Notes under the pieces: generated by a model
The model's database searches: none
Told to the model about the DNA's origin: nothing
What the model saw: the letters and a program-made list of their open reading frames with translations, nothing else
In this document: positions 62,315 to 64,000 of the stretch, piece after piece
Numbering within the stretch: position 1 is the first letter of the stretch
Layout: each line of letters opens with the position of its first letter
DNA from: Patellaria atrata CBS 101060
Taxonomy: Eukaryota
Reading direction: 5' to 3'
Length of the DNA: 64,000 bases
Assembly: GCA_010093705.1 (NCBI GenBank)
Contig: MU006094.1
Span: 719,550-783,549 of the forward strand
Program-made: the position numbers and the translations under genes

Positions 62315-63728
62315 GTGGCTGCCGCAGTTGCTCATCCGTCCCTTATGCATTCTGGGCCGGAAAGTATGGGAGCCCCATCAAGCTTCACTGCTCGAAGGAA
62401 CCATGCTTCACAGTTGCCTAACTTCGAGCTTCCGCCACCGCAACTGTCGAACCTCAACAAGTTTCATCATTTTGCGCCCGTCAACGCGACCCAGCCATCA
62501 CCAGCGCCACCGGGGACCAGCGCAAGCGTGGGTAGCTTGCTCACTCCCCCAAGTAATATTCCAGGTGATGGATTAAGTCCCATTTCATCTAGTGTCGGTA
62601 GCACCACCAGCTCTAGTTCAAATCAAGTAGCACCGTACACTCCAAACTCATATGTCTGGTCACAGAATCATCAAGGAGGTGCTCCATATGGTTTCCAATC
62701 CAACTCATCCGGCCAGCCTTTCATCCCTGGACGTGGCCTGTTTTCACCATCTCTAAATCCATCCATCAACTCGATCGCTCGAGGACCTTCAAATTCACCG
62801 ACAGCAGGTGAAGGGCTTCAAGGTCCACCTTATGAACTCAATCTACCTCCATTCCCTTCATCAGCACCAATGTCAGCACCAGCAACTTTACCCACAATGT
62901 CATCACATCCCCCTGCAATGTCGCATGTGATGATGAACGGTCAACCACCCGTAACATCTTCATCCGCTCAACCGTCACCTGTACACGCTCAAGAAGCATT
63001 TCACCACAGACCACCCCCAACCCCTACTTACTACAATACACAACAAAACGGTACACCGCAGCAGTCAAATTTTCAATATTCCACAGGACCATCCCCGACT
63101 CACCCAAGTCCGATCAGTGCAGGTGGATCGTTAACAAGGATGTCACCAGTAAGCGCTGGATCAGGCCATCATATGCAACCACCTGCGCAGTCTCCCAACC
63201 AATATCAACGGCCATTCAATGGTTACCATGGCTTACCAGGACCCGTACTATCGAATATCAACAATCCACACGGCCAAATGGCTCTGGTAGGCGGAATGCC
63301 CCACGGAATCATGTCTGGAGGATTTAACAGTGGCCATGCTGCGAGCATGCAACATATGTACGGAGGCCATGCCGCTCAACAAACACCACCGAACGATCGA
63401 CCCTTCAAATGTGACCAGTGTCCGCAAAGTTTTAATCGCAACCATGACTTGAAGCGTCACAAGAGGATCCATCTTGCCGTGAAGCCGTTCCCTTGCGGAC
63501 ATTGCGACAAGAGTTTTTCACGAAAGGATGCGCTCAAGGTATGTTGACATCTAGTGCACCGTCAAGAAAATGCTTAACTGATGATTTTAACAGAGACATG
63601 TCCTAGTCAAGGGTTGCGGTAAGGGGACCACCCCAGCCGAAGGCGACAAGAACGACGGCTCAGCCTCTCCTGCCGCCAAATCGATCAGTGAAACCGGGGA
63701 CGTCAAACCCATGGTTGCAAGCCATTAA
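62315..63728 (+). CDS. C2H2 zinc-finger transcription factor (two C-terminal fingers, Pro/Ser/Gln-rich N-terminus); start codon uncertain (GTG 62315, ATG 62345 or ATG 62366)
   Basis: FKCDQCPQSFNRNHDLKRHKRIH and FPCGHCDKSFSRKDALK|RHVLVKGC. Intron 63539-63593; stop TAA at 63726-63728. Confidence 0.9.
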
Positions 63729-64000
63729 TCACCTTCTATCTACTGGGCGTCACATTCAATATTCCCCACCCCATTGTATTACTTACACTCAAAGTTGATA
63801 ATTTATGTGTCCGGTGTCTAATTTCCCAATCATCCGGTTTGTGAATATTTTAGCGGGAATCCTGGAGAAGTTGTCGTTTGGGTTGGTTGGAGTTATATAT
63901 TGATCCGACGGGGATCTCTGCTCGGAATATCGGTTCATCATTATTATTTTTTCTGTTGATGTTTCAGATACCTCTTTAAGTGCGCTGGACATTTCTTCCT

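Noticed and set aside
1..64000. tRNA, rRNA or intact transposon genes
   Set aside because: No cloverleaf or T-loop consensus, rRNA-like segment, transposase or reverse-transcriptase motif, or terminal repeat was recognised by eye. A tRNAscan/Infernal run would be needed to exclude small RNAs.

Overview
Gene-dense window from a filamentous ascomycete (Pezizomycotina-type GT-AG introns of about 50-60 nt). The left 18 kb holds a compact, apparently intact secondary-metabolite cluster: a 2OG-Fe(II) dioxygenase, a divergent pyrroline-5-carboxylate reductase, a 14-TM MFS exporter and an NRPS with the unusual layout (half-C)-A-T-C-T-C-A-T-C(terminal), i.e. three carrier domains but two adenylation domains. 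A decayed kinase-like block separates the cluster from mostly housekeeping genes: an FATP/Fat1-like acyl-CoA synthetase, a GPI-anchored PEBP-like protein, WASP/Las17, an RnpA-motif protein, eIF1A, XPF/Rad1, fungalysin M36, a GH5 endoglucanase, a CAP protein, a Gin4/Hsl1-like kinase, a PPIL1 cyclophilin, a Tri12-like MFS and a C2H2 transcription factor. Best leads: (1) the NRPS cluster with a predicted methylproline or (hydroxy)pipecolate supply cassette and an A-less module; (2) a nuclear gene with a bacterial RNase P protein (RnpA)-like motif; (3) an ATG-free stretch of about 1.38 kb ending at a Kozak-context GTG in front of the C2H2 factor; (4) an intergenic 11-mer, GTACTGTACAA, found six times. 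All family calls come from motif recognition by eye; no database search was run.
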